From positions 91,501 to 155,500 of the forward strand of contig JAQBRF010000004.1 of the NCBI GenBank assembly GCA_028286645.1: a stretch of 64,000 bases of DNA. The letters run 5' to 3'. The notes beneath the pieces are model-generated. The model saw only the letters and a program-made list of their open reading frames with translations. It was not told the DNA's origin and searched no databases. Origin of the DNA: Candidatus Nomurabacteria bacterium. Lineage in GTDB: Bacteria > Patescibacteriota > Minisyncoccia > Phycocordibacterales > UBA5272. Of the stretch, positions 10,321 to 20,097 are shown piece after piece. The translations under genes were made by a program, and so were the position numbers. Within the stretch, counting starts at the first letter, position 1. Each line of letters opens with the position of its first letter.

Positions 10321-10776
10321 ATGGAATACTTAACACACGAAAAAAAGGATGAGCTTGAAATGGAATTAAATCACTTGAAGACTGTACGCAGAAAAGAAGT
10401 TGCAGATGCGCTTCTATATGCAAAGTCTCTGGGAGATCTTTCTGAAAACGCAGAATATCAGCAAGCGCGTGAGGATCAGGCGAATTGCGAAGAAAGAATT
10501 GCTCACATTGAACAGATTTTAAAAAATGCAGTGATCGCAGATAAGCATCATGCTGGAGTTGTAGAAGTAGGCACAACTGTTGTATTGGTTAAAGAAGGAG
10601 ATAAGGCTGAGAGGCAATTCATGATCGTTGGAAGCGAAGAAGCTGATTCTCAAGCAGGTAAAATTTCAAATGAATCTCCGATAGGAAAAGCCATCTTGGG
10701 TAAATCAAAGGGAGATAAAGTTACTGTGAGCGCCCCTAAAGGAGAAATTCTATATACCATTAAATCAATAGCATAA
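10321..10776 (+). CDS. greA: Transcription elongation factor GreA
   Basis: GDLSENAEY, ISNESPIGKAILG; start at MEYLT. Confidence 0.97.
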   Translation: MEYLTHEKKDELEMELNHLKTVRRKEVADALLYAKSLGDLSENAEYQQAREDQANCEERIAHIEQILKNAVIADKHHAGVVEVGTTVVLVKEGDKAERQFMIVGSEEADSQAGKISNESPIGKAILGKSKGDKVTVSAPKGEILYTIKSIA

Positions 10777-10778
10777 AC

Positions 10779-11132
10779 ATGCCGGTTAATAAGCATCTTC
10801 CAAATTTAGACCCGGAATATATGCTTGATGATTATGGGGCAATGCTAAATCTTATAAGAAATCAGTATGACCCGCCTCTTCCTATAGAAAGAATCGAAAC
10901 CATTAAGAAAGCTTTTTTCTTGGGAATTGATTATATGCAAGAGAGGGGCTTTATAAAAAGAAAAATAATTGATAATGCGCAAGACGTTGAAAAATTACAA
11001 CTCTTTGTAAGAGATTTTACCGAGGAAGGATTATTATTTTATAGGACTAAATATCAGAATTACCTTACTGCCATAGATAAAGTTTCAACTATACCGGAGG
11101 AAGCAGTAAAAAGATACCTGAAGAATAATTAA
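10779..11132 (+). CDS. Hypothetical protein
   Basis: 117 aa ORF tightly coupled to greA. Confidence 0.6.
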   Translation: MPVNKHLPNLDPEYMLDDYGAMLNLIRNQYDPPLPIERIETIKKAFFLGIDYMQERGFIKRKIIDNAQDVEKLQLFVRDFTEEGLLFYRTKYQNYLTAIDKVSTIPEEAVKRYLKNN

Positions 11133-11167
11133 AAAAATCTCCCTTTCTTATGCTATAATTTTTTCAT

Positions 11168-12991
11168 ATGGCAGCAATAGAAGAACTCCGAAACGAAAGA
11201 TTAAAAAAATTAGAAACCTTAAAGAATCTAGGAATTAACGCATATCCAAGCGTATCTAGACGTACTCATGAAATAGGGGAAGTGGTGAGAGGTTTTAAAA
11301 AATTAAAGGAAGAAGGAGTTCAAGTAATTCTTAATGGTCGCGTGATGTCTTCTCGAGGACAAGGCGCCCTTATTTTCCTAGATCTTTATGATGGGACAGC
11401 GAAGGTTCAAGCAGTAATAAAGAAAGATGAAGGAGGGGAAGAGGCTCTTAGCTTTTATTCTTCATATGTGGATATCGGAGACTTCATAGAAGTAACCGGA
11501 ACGCTTTTCGAAACCAAATCAGGACAAGAAAGTATTCTTGTGACTAAAGTCGCAATGCTTTCAAAGTCTCTTTTACCGCTACCGGACAAATATCACGGAT
11601 TGCAAGATGAAGAGCTCAGAATGAGAGAAAGATATTTAGATATTTTAACTAATCCCGAATTACGCGAATTATTTGAGAAGAAAGCAAAGTTTTGGAATGT
11701 GGTGCGCGAATTCTTTAATGAAAAGAAGTTCTTAGAAGTAGAAACTCCGACTATTGAAGTTACCACTGGAGGAGCAGAGGCACGGCCTTTTTCAACGCAT
11801 CATCATGATTATGATTTAGACGTGTATATGAGAATTTCTGTAGGAGAACTTTGGCAAAAGAGATTAATGGCTGCAGGATTTCCCAAAACATTTGAGATTG
11901 GAAGAATTTACCGAAACGAAGGGTCATCTCCAGATCATGTTCAGGAATTTACTAATTGTGAATTTTATATGGCCTATGCGGATTATGAAGATGGAATGAA
12001 AATAGTTGAGGAGTTGTATAAGAAGATTGCAGTGGATGTATTTGGAACGACCAAGTTTACTACTCGCGGGCATGAGTTTGATTTAAGTAATGAATGGAAG
12101 AGAATTGATTATAAAGAGGAAGTATTAAAACAAACCGGATTAGACTTAGATAAAGCAGAAGATGAAGAAATCAAAAATAAGCTTAATGAACTTAAGGTGA
12201 AATATGAAGGCACTAATCGAGAGCGACTAATGGATACACTATGGAAGTACTGCAGGAAAAATATCGCAGGTCCGGCTTTCCTTATAAATCCTCCAATTAT
12301 CGCTTCGCCGCTTGCAAAGAAAAATCCAGACGGTCTTACTGCTCAGAAATTTCAGCCTATTCTTGCGGGTGCCGAAGTTGGGAACGGTTATAGCGAGTTA
12401 AATGATCCTGTGGATCAAAAAGAACGATTTAATAAGCAGCAAGAGTTATTGGCTGGCGGCGACGAAGAAGCCATGATGGCAGATGATTCATTTATAGAAA
12501 TGCTTGAGCATGGCATGCCGCCAACATGCGGATTTGGATTTGGTGAAAGATTATTCGCCTTTATGGTGGATAAACCGATTCGTGAAGTACAAATGTTTCC
12601 CCTAGTAAAACCTAAAGAGAAAAGTTCTGATAAAATTAGTAGGAAAATATCTTTAGATTATTTTAAAGAAGTAGAAATAAAAATTGGAAAGATTTTAGAG
12701 TGTGATCCAGTAGAAGGATCAGATAAATTATATAAATTCTTAGTTGATGTGGGTGAAAAAGATGGGGACGGGAACGATGTTCATAGAACAGTTTTATCAG
12801 GAATTAGAAATTCATTTCCTGATAAAGGTGATTTAATCGGCAAGTCGGTTGAGGTTGTTACTAACTTAGCAGCAAAAGATTTGATGCAATATAAATCTAA
12901 TGGGATGCTATTGCTTGCCGTTGACGAAACTGGCAATGCTTTTTTGATGAGTCCAGAAGGTGATGTAAAACCTGGAACACTCGTTAGATAA
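11168..12991 (+). CDS. lysS: Lysine--tRNA ligase (class II) with C-terminal EMAP/Trbp111-type tRNA-binding domain
   Basis: GGAEARPF, EIGRIYRNEG, YSELNDP, HGMPPTCGFGFGERL; extra ~110 aa ...VEGSDKLY...RTVLSGI...VVTNL...SNGMLL. Confidence 0.96.
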   Translation: MAAIEELRNERLKKLETLKNLGINAYPSVSRRTHEIGEVVRGFKKLKEEGVQVILNGRVMSSRGQGALIFLDLYDGTAKVQAVIKKDEGGEEALSFYSSYVDIGDFIEVTGTLFETKSGQESILVTKVAMLSKSLLPLPDKYHGLQDEELRMRERYLDILTNPELRELFEKKAKFWNVVREFFNEKKFLEVETPTIEVTTGGAEARPFSTHHHDYDLDVYMRISVGELWQKRLMAAGFPKTFEIGRIYRNEGSSPDHVQEFTNCEFYMAYADYEDGMKIVEELYKKIAVDVFGTTKFTTRGHEFDLSNEWKRIDYKEEVLKQTGLDLDKAEDEEIKNKLNELKVKYEGTNRERLMDTLWKYCRKNIAGPAFLINPPIIASPLAKKNPDGLTAQKFQPILAGAEVGNGYSELNDPVDQKERFNKQQELLAGGDEEAMMADDSFIEMLEHGMPPTCGFGFGERLFAFMVDKPIREVQMFPLVKPKEKSSDKISRKISLDYFKEVEIKIGKILECDPVEGSDKLYKFLVDVGEKDGDGNDVHRTVLSGIRNSFPDKGDLIGKSVEVVTNLAAKDLMQYKSNGMLLLAVDETGNAFLMSPEGDVKPGTLVR

Positions 12992-13088
12992 TTATATTTA
13001 AATAAGACTCTATTTACTTTTATTTTTGAAAATGTAGTATGTAGTAGAATGTGTGAGTAATTCATTTCATCTCATCGCTGGGAGCTGT

Positions 13089-13541
13089 ATGAAAAAAGCA
13101 CCAACCAAGGCAGACGTGATTCTGTTGGGAACTGAGGAAACTGATGGTCGCGTGATTTCACTCGATCGCGCAGTCGATACTGTAGCCACGCCCTTTCCGT
13201 ATGAAATCGTGAAAATTACGCCAATTGCCACAGAGATCAAGGGAGATGAGGACTATGTGGTGTTAGCGCGGTGGAATGGGGCCCTGTACACATTTTTCTG
13301 GCCCCATACATTCCCTCGCGCCACAAAACATACCGGGTTCTTTCTGTTTTCTAACGTAATGTCCAGTGAGGGGGTGTGCTCCAGGTTGTGTCACATTCTT
13401 TATGAACGGGCGCTTCCTCTTCCCAGAATTCACAAAGAAAGCGTGGAATTAAATCACGATAACCCGGAGACTAAATGGCGCACCTTTATAAAAAGGACGT
13501 CAGAATCCAAATGGGAAGAAATCAGGACGGTGGGTAAATAA
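13089..13541 (+). CDS. Orphan hypothetical protein
   Basis: GC-richer ORF, GGGAG SD before ATG 13089, terminator at ~13544-13575. Confidence 0.6.
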   Translation: MKKAPTKADVILLGTEETDGRVISLDRAVDTVATPFPYEIVKITPIATEIKGDEDYVVLARWNGALYTFFWPHTFPRATKHTGFFLFSNVMSSEGVCSRLCHILYERALPLPRIHKESVELNHDNPETKWRTFIKRTSESKWEEIRTVGK

Positions 13542-13671
13542 TCGCGGCGCCGCAAGGTGCCGTTTTCTTTTTATTTTCAAAGGGGTTTTGGGATTTTTGA
13601 TTCAAAAATTAGAAGTGAAATTGGTAACTTGCATGATATCCACAGGGATTAATTAGGTTTTGAAAAGGGAA

Positions 13672-13707
13672 GTGGAGTATAATGGGTTTCAGTGGGGGGT
13701 TGTGGGA
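13672..13707 (+). promoter_or_regulatory. MraZ-binding boxes upstream of the dcw operon
   Basis: GTGGAG/ATGGGT/GTGGGG/GTGGGA at exact 10-bp spacing; (G)TGGG direct repeats are the established MraZ operator. Confidence 0.8.
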
Positions 13708-13716
13708 GACCTTCCA

Positions 13717-13837
13717 AAACCTTAAAATTTAATTATCTGCTTTGTCGCCACGAAACTTTTATCAGGCAATGTACTATTCGTACATCTTCTTCTATAAGTT
13801 TCTATGCTTCGCGCATCTAAAATAAATTTTAAAGTTT
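13717..13837. repeat. ~121 bp long-hairpin element, copy 2
   Basis: Terminal IR AAACCTTAAAATTT/AAATTTTAAAGTTT, apex CAATGTAC-tattc-GTACAT. Confidence 0.65.
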
Positions 13838-13867
13838 ATGGTTGCTGCCATCAGTTAAAACATATTC

Positions 13868-14302
13868 ATGCTAATCGGAAAATACACGCACGACCTAGAT
13901 CCAAAAAAACGACTTACGCTACCTTCCAAGTGGCGTACGGATTTAGGGAGAAAAGTGATTGTAACTAACGGATTAGATGGTTCACTGTTCATTTTTCCTA
14001 CTCGTGAGTGGGAAAAAGTAGCGGAAAAGTTATCTCAAGGCGGCTTCGGAAATAAGGACACTCGTGACTTTAATAGATTTATTCTAGGAAATGCATTTGA
14101 GACCGACGTTGACGCTGCCGGAAGAATTGTAATTCCAGATATTTTAAAGGAGTTTGCCAAACTAGAAAATAAAGTAGTTCTAGCGGGGATGCACTCTCGA
14201 ATAGAAGTCTGGGATGAAACGCAATGGGATAATTTCACTACGAAAGTAAGCGGCGAAGCAGATGTATTAGCTTCTAAGCTTAGTGAACTAGGAATTATTT
14301 AA
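13868..14302 (+). CDS. mraZ: Transcriptional regulator MraZ
   Basis: GKYTHDLDPKKRLTLP, DAAGRIVIP, RIEVWD. Confidence 0.97.
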   Translation: MLIGKYTHDLDPKKRLTLPSKWRTDLGRKVIVTNGLDGSLFIFPTREWEKVAEKLSQGGFGNKDTRDFNRFILGNAFETDVDAAGRIVIPDILKEFAKLENKVVLAGMHSRIEVWDETQWDNFTTKVSGEADVLASKLSELGII

Positions 14303-14303
14303 T

Positions 14304-15194
14304 ATGCATGTTCCTGTACTTTTAAATGAATCAATAGAGGGTTTAAACATATCACCTGGTGGTGTCTATGTAGACTGCACGACAAATCGTGGAGGTCATA
14401 GCATAGAGATCGCAAAAGCAATAGGTCACACTGGAACTCTTATTTGTCTTGATTTAGATCAAGAAGCTTTAAAAGCCGCAGAAGAAAGAATTAGCAGTAT
14501 TCCAAATGCTCCAAAGCTGCATTTCGTGCATTCTAACTTTCGCAGCTTAAAAGATGTCTTGAAAAACTTAAGTATAGAAAGAGTTAATGGAGTCCTTGCT
14601 GATCTAGGGCTTTCCTCAGAGGAGTTGGATATATCTAAAAGGGGATTTTCTTTCCGATTTGATGAGAAGCTACAAATGACTTTTAATTCTCATCCTGGGG
14701 AAGAAGACATAAAGGCAGAAGACATTGTGAATGACTGGAGCGAAGAATCTATAGCAGATATTTTATACGGCTTCGCCGATGAGCGTTATTCGCGCAAGAT
14801 TGCAAAGGGAATTGTGGAGAGCCGTAAGGAAAAGAGAATCCTGACTACGCAGCAACTTGTAGATATAATCTCACGCTTAGTACCGCCAAGCTATCGCCAT
14901 AAAAAGACTCACTTCGCTACAAAAACATTTCAAGCTATCCGCATGGCTGTAAATGACGAAGTGGGCAGCCTAACGGAATTAATAGACTCACTAGAAGATG
15001 TACTAGTTTCAGGCGGCAGAGCATGTTTTATAACCTTCCATAGTACAGAAGACAGAATCGTCAAACAAAAATTTCGCGCGCTAAAAGATTCGTTTGTGTT
15101 GGTAAATAAAAAAGCAATTGTTCCCAAGAAAGAAGAAATTATCAATAACCCGCGTGCACGCAGCTCACAGCTGCGAATAATCGAAAAAGTATAA
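14304..15194 (+). CDS. rsmH: 16S rRNA m4C1402 methyltransferase
   Basis: HVPVLLNE, GGHS, DLGLSS, RGFSF, FQAIRMAVN, NPRARS. Confidence 0.97.
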   Translation: MHVPVLLNESIEGLNISPGGVYVDCTTNRGGHSIEIAKAIGHTGTLICLDLDQEALKAAEERISSIPNAPKLHFVHSNFRSLKDVLKNLSIERVNGVLADLGLSSEELDISKRGFSFRFDEKLQMTFNSHPGEEDIKAEDIVNDWSEESIADILYGFADERYSRKIAKGIVESRKEKRILTTQQLVDIISRLVPPSYRHKKTHFATKTFQAIRMAVNDEVGSLTELIDSLEDVLVSGGRACFITFHSTEDRIVKQKFRALKDSFVLVNKKAIVPKKEEIINNPRARSSQLRIIEKV

Positions 15195-15197
15195 CCC

Positions 15198-15515
15198 ATG
15201 AAATACAAATATAAGTCCATTAATCTATATGAAAGAACTGTGCACACTATGTTTGGCACTCTTCTTATATTAGGAATTATATATTCGGTTGTACTGCTTT
15301 CATTAATCTTTTCAGTAATAGAAAGAAAACAAAATACATTAGCAAACAGGGATTTAACCTCTGAACTAAGTTCGCTAGAAACGAGCTACGCAAATCAAGT
15401 GGCGACCATCACAGATTCTAAGCTTCTTGCGAATAATTTTAAAAGAGTAGATGGGGCGACCTTTGCTGTGCGTAAAGATGAAGTTGCAAGCTATACTGTG
15501 CTTTATGCAAGATAG
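15198..15515 (+). CDS. Putative FtsL-like cell division protein
   Basis: TM plus coiled coil between rsmH and ftsI. Confidence 0.6.
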   Translation: MKYKYKSINLYERTVHTMFGTLLILGIIYSVVLLSLIFSVIERKQNTLANRDLTSELSSLETSYANQVATITDSKLLANNFKRVDGATFAVRKDEVASYTVLYAR

Positions 15516-17247
15516 GGAGAAAGTAATCACTCAAAACCAAGAGATGCGCTCAAATGACAGAGCGCATCTTCTGTATTCCTTATGGGTTATTTTAGCCGTG
15601 ATTATTTTAATTCGAGCATTTTATATTCAGGTAATACAGCATAAAAGTTATATTACTAAAGCAGATGCTCAATACATATCTGTTGTTCCGACTAATTTTG
15701 ATCGGGGATCCATTTTCTTTTCTGGTTCCTCCGGGTCTCCTGTCCCATTTGCTCAGCTCGAAACCACTTATAGAATAGCCATTGATCCCACAGTAATAAA
15801 AGACCCAGAAGAACTATATAACACTCTCTCTCCATTCATAACATTAGACAAGACAAGCTTTATAGAAAAAGCTTCTAAGAAAAGTGACCCATATGAAGAG
15901 GTGGCGAAAAATATACCATTAGACATAGTAAATAAAATAAAAAGTTTAAAGATTATGGGTGTGAGTTTTGTAAAGGATAATAAGAGAGCCTATCCGCAAG
16001 GAACGAATGGGGCACAAATTGTCGGCTTCGTTGGAAATGATGGGATAAGAATAAAAGGCCAATACGGCCTTGAAAGATATTATGAAGATGTTCTTACACG
16101 AGATAATGGTCAAACTGTAAATTTCTTCGCGGAACTTTTTGCAGATATTGATAAAACAGCCATTTCAAATACCGATAAGCAGCAGGGTGATATAGTGCTT
16201 ACTATTGATGCAGAAGCGCAGAGGGAGCTTTCAGGAGTTTTGGCGGAGACTAAGAAAGTCTGGAATTCAGATAGTATCGGAGGAATAATCATGGACCCAA
16301 AAACAGGAGCGATAATAGCTATGGACGGTCTTCCATCATTTGATCCAAATAACTTTGGAAATGTTGATGATTCTAATGTATACATAAATAAAAATGTTTC
16401 AGGAGTATATGAAATGGGAAGTATTATTAAGCCTCTTACAATGGCGGCCGCACTTGATTCCGGAGCGATAACTGAGGATACCACTTATACAGACCTTGGT
16501 TGTCGAGAGTTAAATACATACAAAGTCTGTAACTTCGATAAACAGCCCCGCGGCCCAGATACTTCTATGCAGACCATCTTAGACAAATCTCTAAACGTAG
16601 GAATTGTCTTCCTGGTAGAGAAAATGGGAGCCAAAACATTTCAAGATTACTTTAAGAAATACGGACTTGGCCAAGAAACCGGTATTGATCTACCAGGAGA
16701 GGCGAGCGGTCTTACGAAAAACTTAGATAGCAAGGTTTTCGTGGATAGCGCAACCGCCGGATTCGGACAGGGAATTGCTGTTACTCCTATTCAAACAATC
16801 CGAGCCCTCGCATCTCTAGGAAATGGCGGCAAGCTAGTTACTCCTCACGTAGTAGACAGCATCATTTACCAAAATGGCGATGTGAAAAAAATAGTTTCAG
16901 ATGATGATATCCAAGTAATTAAGCCGGAAACTAGTGAAGCGATTTCCCGCATGCTTGTTCATGTGGTAGATACAGCTCTCCAAAATGGAGCAGATAAAAT
17001 GGAGCATTATAGTATTGCAGCAAAGACAGGGACCGCCCAAATGCCAAAGCCAGGAGGCGGCTACTATGAAGATAGGTACCTCCACTCCTTTTTCGGATAT
17101 TTCCCGGCATATGATCCAAAGTATATTATTTTCCTATTTCATACTTATCCTAAGGGGGCCCAGTACGCTTCTGCGACTTTATCCGATCCATTTTTTAAAT
17201 TGGTAAAGTTTCTGATCTCTTATTACGAAGTTCCTCCAGACCGTTAG
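15505..17247 (+). CDS. ftsI: Cell-division penicillin-binding protein (FtsI/PBP3-like)
   Basis: GSIIKP, KSLNVG, KTGTAQ; dcw context; ATG 15505 follows TATACT. Confidence 0.9.
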   Translation: MQDREKVITQNQEMRSNDRAHLLYSLWVILAVIILIRAFYIQVIQHKSYITKADAQYISVVPTNFDRGSIFFSGSSGSPVPFAQLETTYRIAIDPTVIKDPEELYNTLSPFITLDKTSFIEKASKKSDPYEEVAKNIPLDIVNKIKSLKIMGVSFVKDNKRAYPQGTNGAQIVGFVGNDGIRIKGQYGLERYYEDVLTRDNGQTVNFFAELFADIDKTAISNTDKQQGDIVLTIDAEAQRELSGVLAETKKVWNSDSIGGIIMDPKTGAIIAMDGLPSFDPNNFGNVDDSNVYINKNVSGVYEMGSIIKPLTMAAALDSGAITEDTTYTDLGCRELNTYKVCNFDKQPRGPDTSMQTILDKSLNVGIVFLVEKMGAKTFQDYFKKYGLGQETGIDLPGEASGLTKNLDSKVFVDSATAGFGQGIAVTPIQTIRALASLGNGGKLVTPHVVDSIIYQNGDVKKIVSDDDIQVIKPETSEAISRMLVHVVDTALQNGADKMEHYSIAAKTGTAQMPKPGGGYYEDRYLHSFFGYFPAYDPKYIIFLFHTYPKGAQYASATLSDPFFKLVKFLISYYEVPPDR

Positions 17248-17343
17248 TCTAACAAGCCGAGGACGAGAATATGCAGCAAATTTAGACTAGCGAACTATAT
17301 AAGAATAGAAATAAAAAAACCGGCCAGGGGCCGGGAAAGAACT

Positions 17344-17754
17344 TCATTGATTAGATGCGGGCGAAAAGGCGATCGCATCATCCTTGCCTAAAACGACTTG
17401 AAACTGGTCGCTCAGACGGAATCGTCTCTGCCGCTGTTCGCGCACGATGGAAATCGTAAAAATGAACTCATCGAGGAAAAGAGGGTCAAGGACATCGGTA
17501 TTTGCCTGGAACACCGCCTTTCCTATATGAATCACGGCGATCTTCTTCCCGCTTTTGAGCAGGTCAAGCGTAATGCCCGCCTTCGCGTCTTCGCTTGTGG
17601 TTTGTATATTCGATCCTCCTATTTGATATGGAGTGTCGAACTCCAAACTTCTCACGCCCGGACGAAATTCAATTGAGCAGTTTGCCTCCGCGAAGGACGC
17701 TATGAACTCATCCCACGGGTCTTGGACAAACATGTCTTCTATCGTACCTTGCAT
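17344..17754 (-). CDS. Orphan hypothetical protein
   Basis: AGGAGG SD before ATG 17754 (MQGTIED); terminator at ~17313-17337. Confidence 0.6.
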   Translation of the reverse strand: MQGTIEDMFVQDPWDEFIASFAEANCSIEFRPGVRSLEFDTPYQIGGSNIQTTSEDAKAGITLDLLKSGKKIAVIHIGKAVFQANTDVLDPLFLDEFIFTISIVREQRQRRFRLSDQFQVVLGKDDAIAFSPASNQ

Positions 17755-17853
17755 ACGGCCTCCTTCCTGTTTAAACTTTACAAACAGACTAGCATATTGA
17801 AATAAAAGTTTCATTAATTTCGTATAAACTGTTATATGATATAATTGATAAAT

Positions 17854-18525
17854 ATGAAAAAATTATCACACTTTTTAAGCACTTCACAAGGGAAATTCAT
17901 TGGTCTCATAGTACTTTTGATTGTTGTCTTATTTATTTATTATTTCTATGCTATGAGTAACAACACAAATTCTGCCCCAGTGGGTGAGCCATCAATAACG
18001 GAGACTGACCATGTAAGAGGCAATCTCGCAGGAACAGTGACTCTGGTAGAGTTCGGAGATTTTCAATGCCCAGCATGTGGGGCTTACGAACCTCTTGTGC
18101 GACAAATTACGAAGGATAATGGCGATATTCTAAAAGTAGTTTTCAAGCATTTTCCTTTAACTCAGCTTCACCAAAATGCACTCATAGCGGCGAAAGCCTC
18201 TGAGGCGGCGTCTATTCAAGGTAAGTTTTGGGAAATGCATGACATCTTATATGACAAGCAAGCAGAATGGCAGGGGTCATTAAACGCGCGAGATATGTTT
18301 TTAACATATGCTGCCACTCTAGGGCTTGATGCTGCAAAGTTCCAGGCTGATATAAATAGCACTGAGGTAGAAAATAAAGTTCTGTCAGAATATAAGGAAG
18401 GTCTAAGCTTAAAAGTAAACAGCACGCCAACTTTTTTCGTAAACGGCAAGAAAATTAATAATCCTCAATCAGTGCAGGAATTTAATGGCCTTATTCGTGC
18501 AAGTGCTAATGGCGCGGTACAATAA
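17854..18525 (+). CDS. Membrane-anchored DsbA/BdbD-family thioredoxin
   Basis: EFGDFQCPAC, KHFPL, NSTPTFFVNG. Confidence 0.93.
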   Translation: MKKLSHFLSTSQGKFIGLIVLLIVVLFIYYFYAMSNNTNSAPVGEPSITETDHVRGNLAGTVTLVEFGDFQCPACGAYEPLVRQITKDNGDILKVVFKHFPLTQLHQNALIAAKASEAASIQGKFWEMHDILYDKQAEWQGSLNARDMFLTYAATLGLDAAKFQADINSTEVENKVLSEYKEGLSLKVNSTPTFFVNGKKINNPQSVQEFNGLIRASANGAVQ

Positions 18526-18527
18526 TC

Positions 18528-18755
18528 ATGATAAAAGAATTTTTTGTTAAGCAAGCAGTTAAATATGGCGCAAAGAACCTTCCGAAAGATCAGCAGGCAA
18601 TGCTTGCAGCTGCAGTAGAAAAGAATCCAGCATTATTTGCGAAGATAGCAAAAGAGATAGAAGCGCTAAAAAAACAGGGCAAGCCAGAAATGTATGCATC
18701 TCTTGATGTAATGAAGAAGTATCAGAAGGAATTACAAGAGTTATTCAAAAAGTAA
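18528..18755 (+). CDS. Small hypothetical protein
   Basis: 75 aa helical ORF coupled to the DsbA gene. Confidence 0.65.
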   Translation: MIKEFFVKQAVKYGAKNLPKDQQAMLAAAVEKNPALFAKIAKEIEALKKQGKPEMYASLDVMKKYQKELQELFKK

Positions 18756-18798
18756 AATTAAGAAATAAAAATGGCCCGCTTGCGCGAGCCGGAACCGG

Positions 18799-19221
18799 CT
18801 AGTGGCCGGGGTTGAAAAGATGAGCCTTGTCTGGGCGTATGTCACAGAACTCTATTGCTTTTTTTCTGTCCCATTGTTTTCGTAAAAGTGTGGTAATTAG
18901 CCAGGTTACCATCGTTACCACACTGATCCATAGCAAGATGTGGGCAAGGAACTCGGCACTAAACACTTCTGCAGAGACGATTCCCATAGTAAAGCAGAAG
19001 GTAAATGTCCTGCGACATATACGTGCGTGATTGCACAACCACCAATTCTTTGGCGTAAAGAAGTTGTGGTACATCTCAATCATTCGCGTGCGCTCTTCAT
19101 CGTTAGTTTCGTGTTTTTCACGAAGTGGAAATGGCCTCCCGCAAGTTGGGCATATGGACGGGTCTTTAATTATCTGATCCAGCCACATAAAGAATTTAAG
19201 TCCAATCCCGATACGATTCAT
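18799..19221 (-). CDS. Orphan membrane protein with CPTC motif
   Basis: Two hydrophobic segments; TTGACA-17 promoter, GGGAG SD. Confidence 0.65.
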   Translation of the reverse strand: MNRIGIGLKFFMWLDQIIKDPSICPTCGRPFPLREKHETNDEERTRMIEMYHNFFTPKNWWLCNHARICRRTFTFCFTMGIVSAEVFSAEFLAHILLWISVVTMVTWLITTLLRKQWDRKKAIEFCDIRPDKAHLFNPGH

Positions 19222-19302
19222 TTAATCTCTCCCTTTGTGCATTAGGCTTCCGCCTTATAGGTAATTATCCTGCATTTTTTATTAATATTTGTCAATTTAT
19301 GT

Positions 19303-19344
19303 TAGAATCTTTTTACTATGTCACTTTCTATCGGCATGGAGTGA
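19303..19344 (+). other. attL: displaced native ychF promoter and 5' end (MSLSIG-ME*)
   Basis: TAGAAT then ATG TCA CTT TCT ATC GG at 19318-19334, matching the YchF N-terminus; shares ATCGG with 32609-32613. Confidence 0.88.
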
Positions 19345-19481
19345 ACACAACCCAACATGCTGGCATAGGGAGAGTGGTACCGTTTCAATTTAAAATAGCC
19401 CTGAGTAAGACAAAATAAAAACCCCACCGAAGCGGGGCTCTCTGAATATGTTGGACACTACTTGATGGCGAAGGCAGAAGT

Positions 19482-19694
19482 TTATATCGCTTGCTGCTTA
19501 ACTCCTTCCTCTTGTGCTTCGGTTAATTTGAGCTCTCTTGTAATGCCATCACTTCCCTTAATCAGAAAACCTGTAGTTGCTATCAGTAGAGAAAGTCCTG
19601 GGACTGTCGCCGCCTCCGCAATAACAGTGCCACCTACCTTGTATTTATTCTGTAAGGAAGGAGAGATGTTAGTCAATTCGTATTTTTTTGCCAT
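19482..19694 (-). CDS. Small hypothetical protein (MAKKYEL...)
   Basis: AGGAG SD before ATG; overlaps the end of the upstream ORF. Confidence 0.5.
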   Translation of the reverse strand: MAKKYELTNISPSLQNKYKVGGTVIAEAATVPGLSLLIATTGFLIKGSDGITRELKLTEAQEEGVKQQAI

Positions 19695-20014
19695 GATGTC
19701 TCCTGAAGTTCTTTGCGCTGTTGAATTGCTGCCTCCATTCCCGCAGTCTGGCTTAGAATGCCAGGATAAACATCTTCTGCCCTTCCTTGGATAATTATTG
19801 CTTTGTCCTTGGTTTCGGCGGCATACCACATTTTTCCGCCATCCAGACTTAGCAATTTGTAGTCACCAACCAGTTGCGAATAACCGACTCTCCATTGCAT
19901 TTGTTGTCTGTGCTCTGCAAGTTCTTGCTTATCAGCTTTGTATTGCTGATAATGGGGGTCAAGTGCTAGCGCCAAAGCAACAACAACTAATATTCCGATA
20001 ACTAATTTGTACAT
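19673..20014 (-). CDS. Hypothetical secreted/membrane-anchored protein
   Basis: Signal-like N-terminus; TTGACG-17-TAGTGT promoter and AGGAG SD. Confidence 0.65.
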   Translation of the reverse strand: MYKLVIGILVVVALALALDPHYQQYKADKQELAEHRQQMQWRVGYSQLVGDYKLLSLDGGKMWYAAETKDKAIIIQGRAEDVYPGILSQTAGMEAAIQQRKELQETSWQKNTN

Positions 20015-20097
20015 TTGCGTATCTCCTAAAAGGATTCATAATTACACTACAATAAAGTTTCCTTAGCGTCAACTTATTCTGGAACTGGTATACTTTG

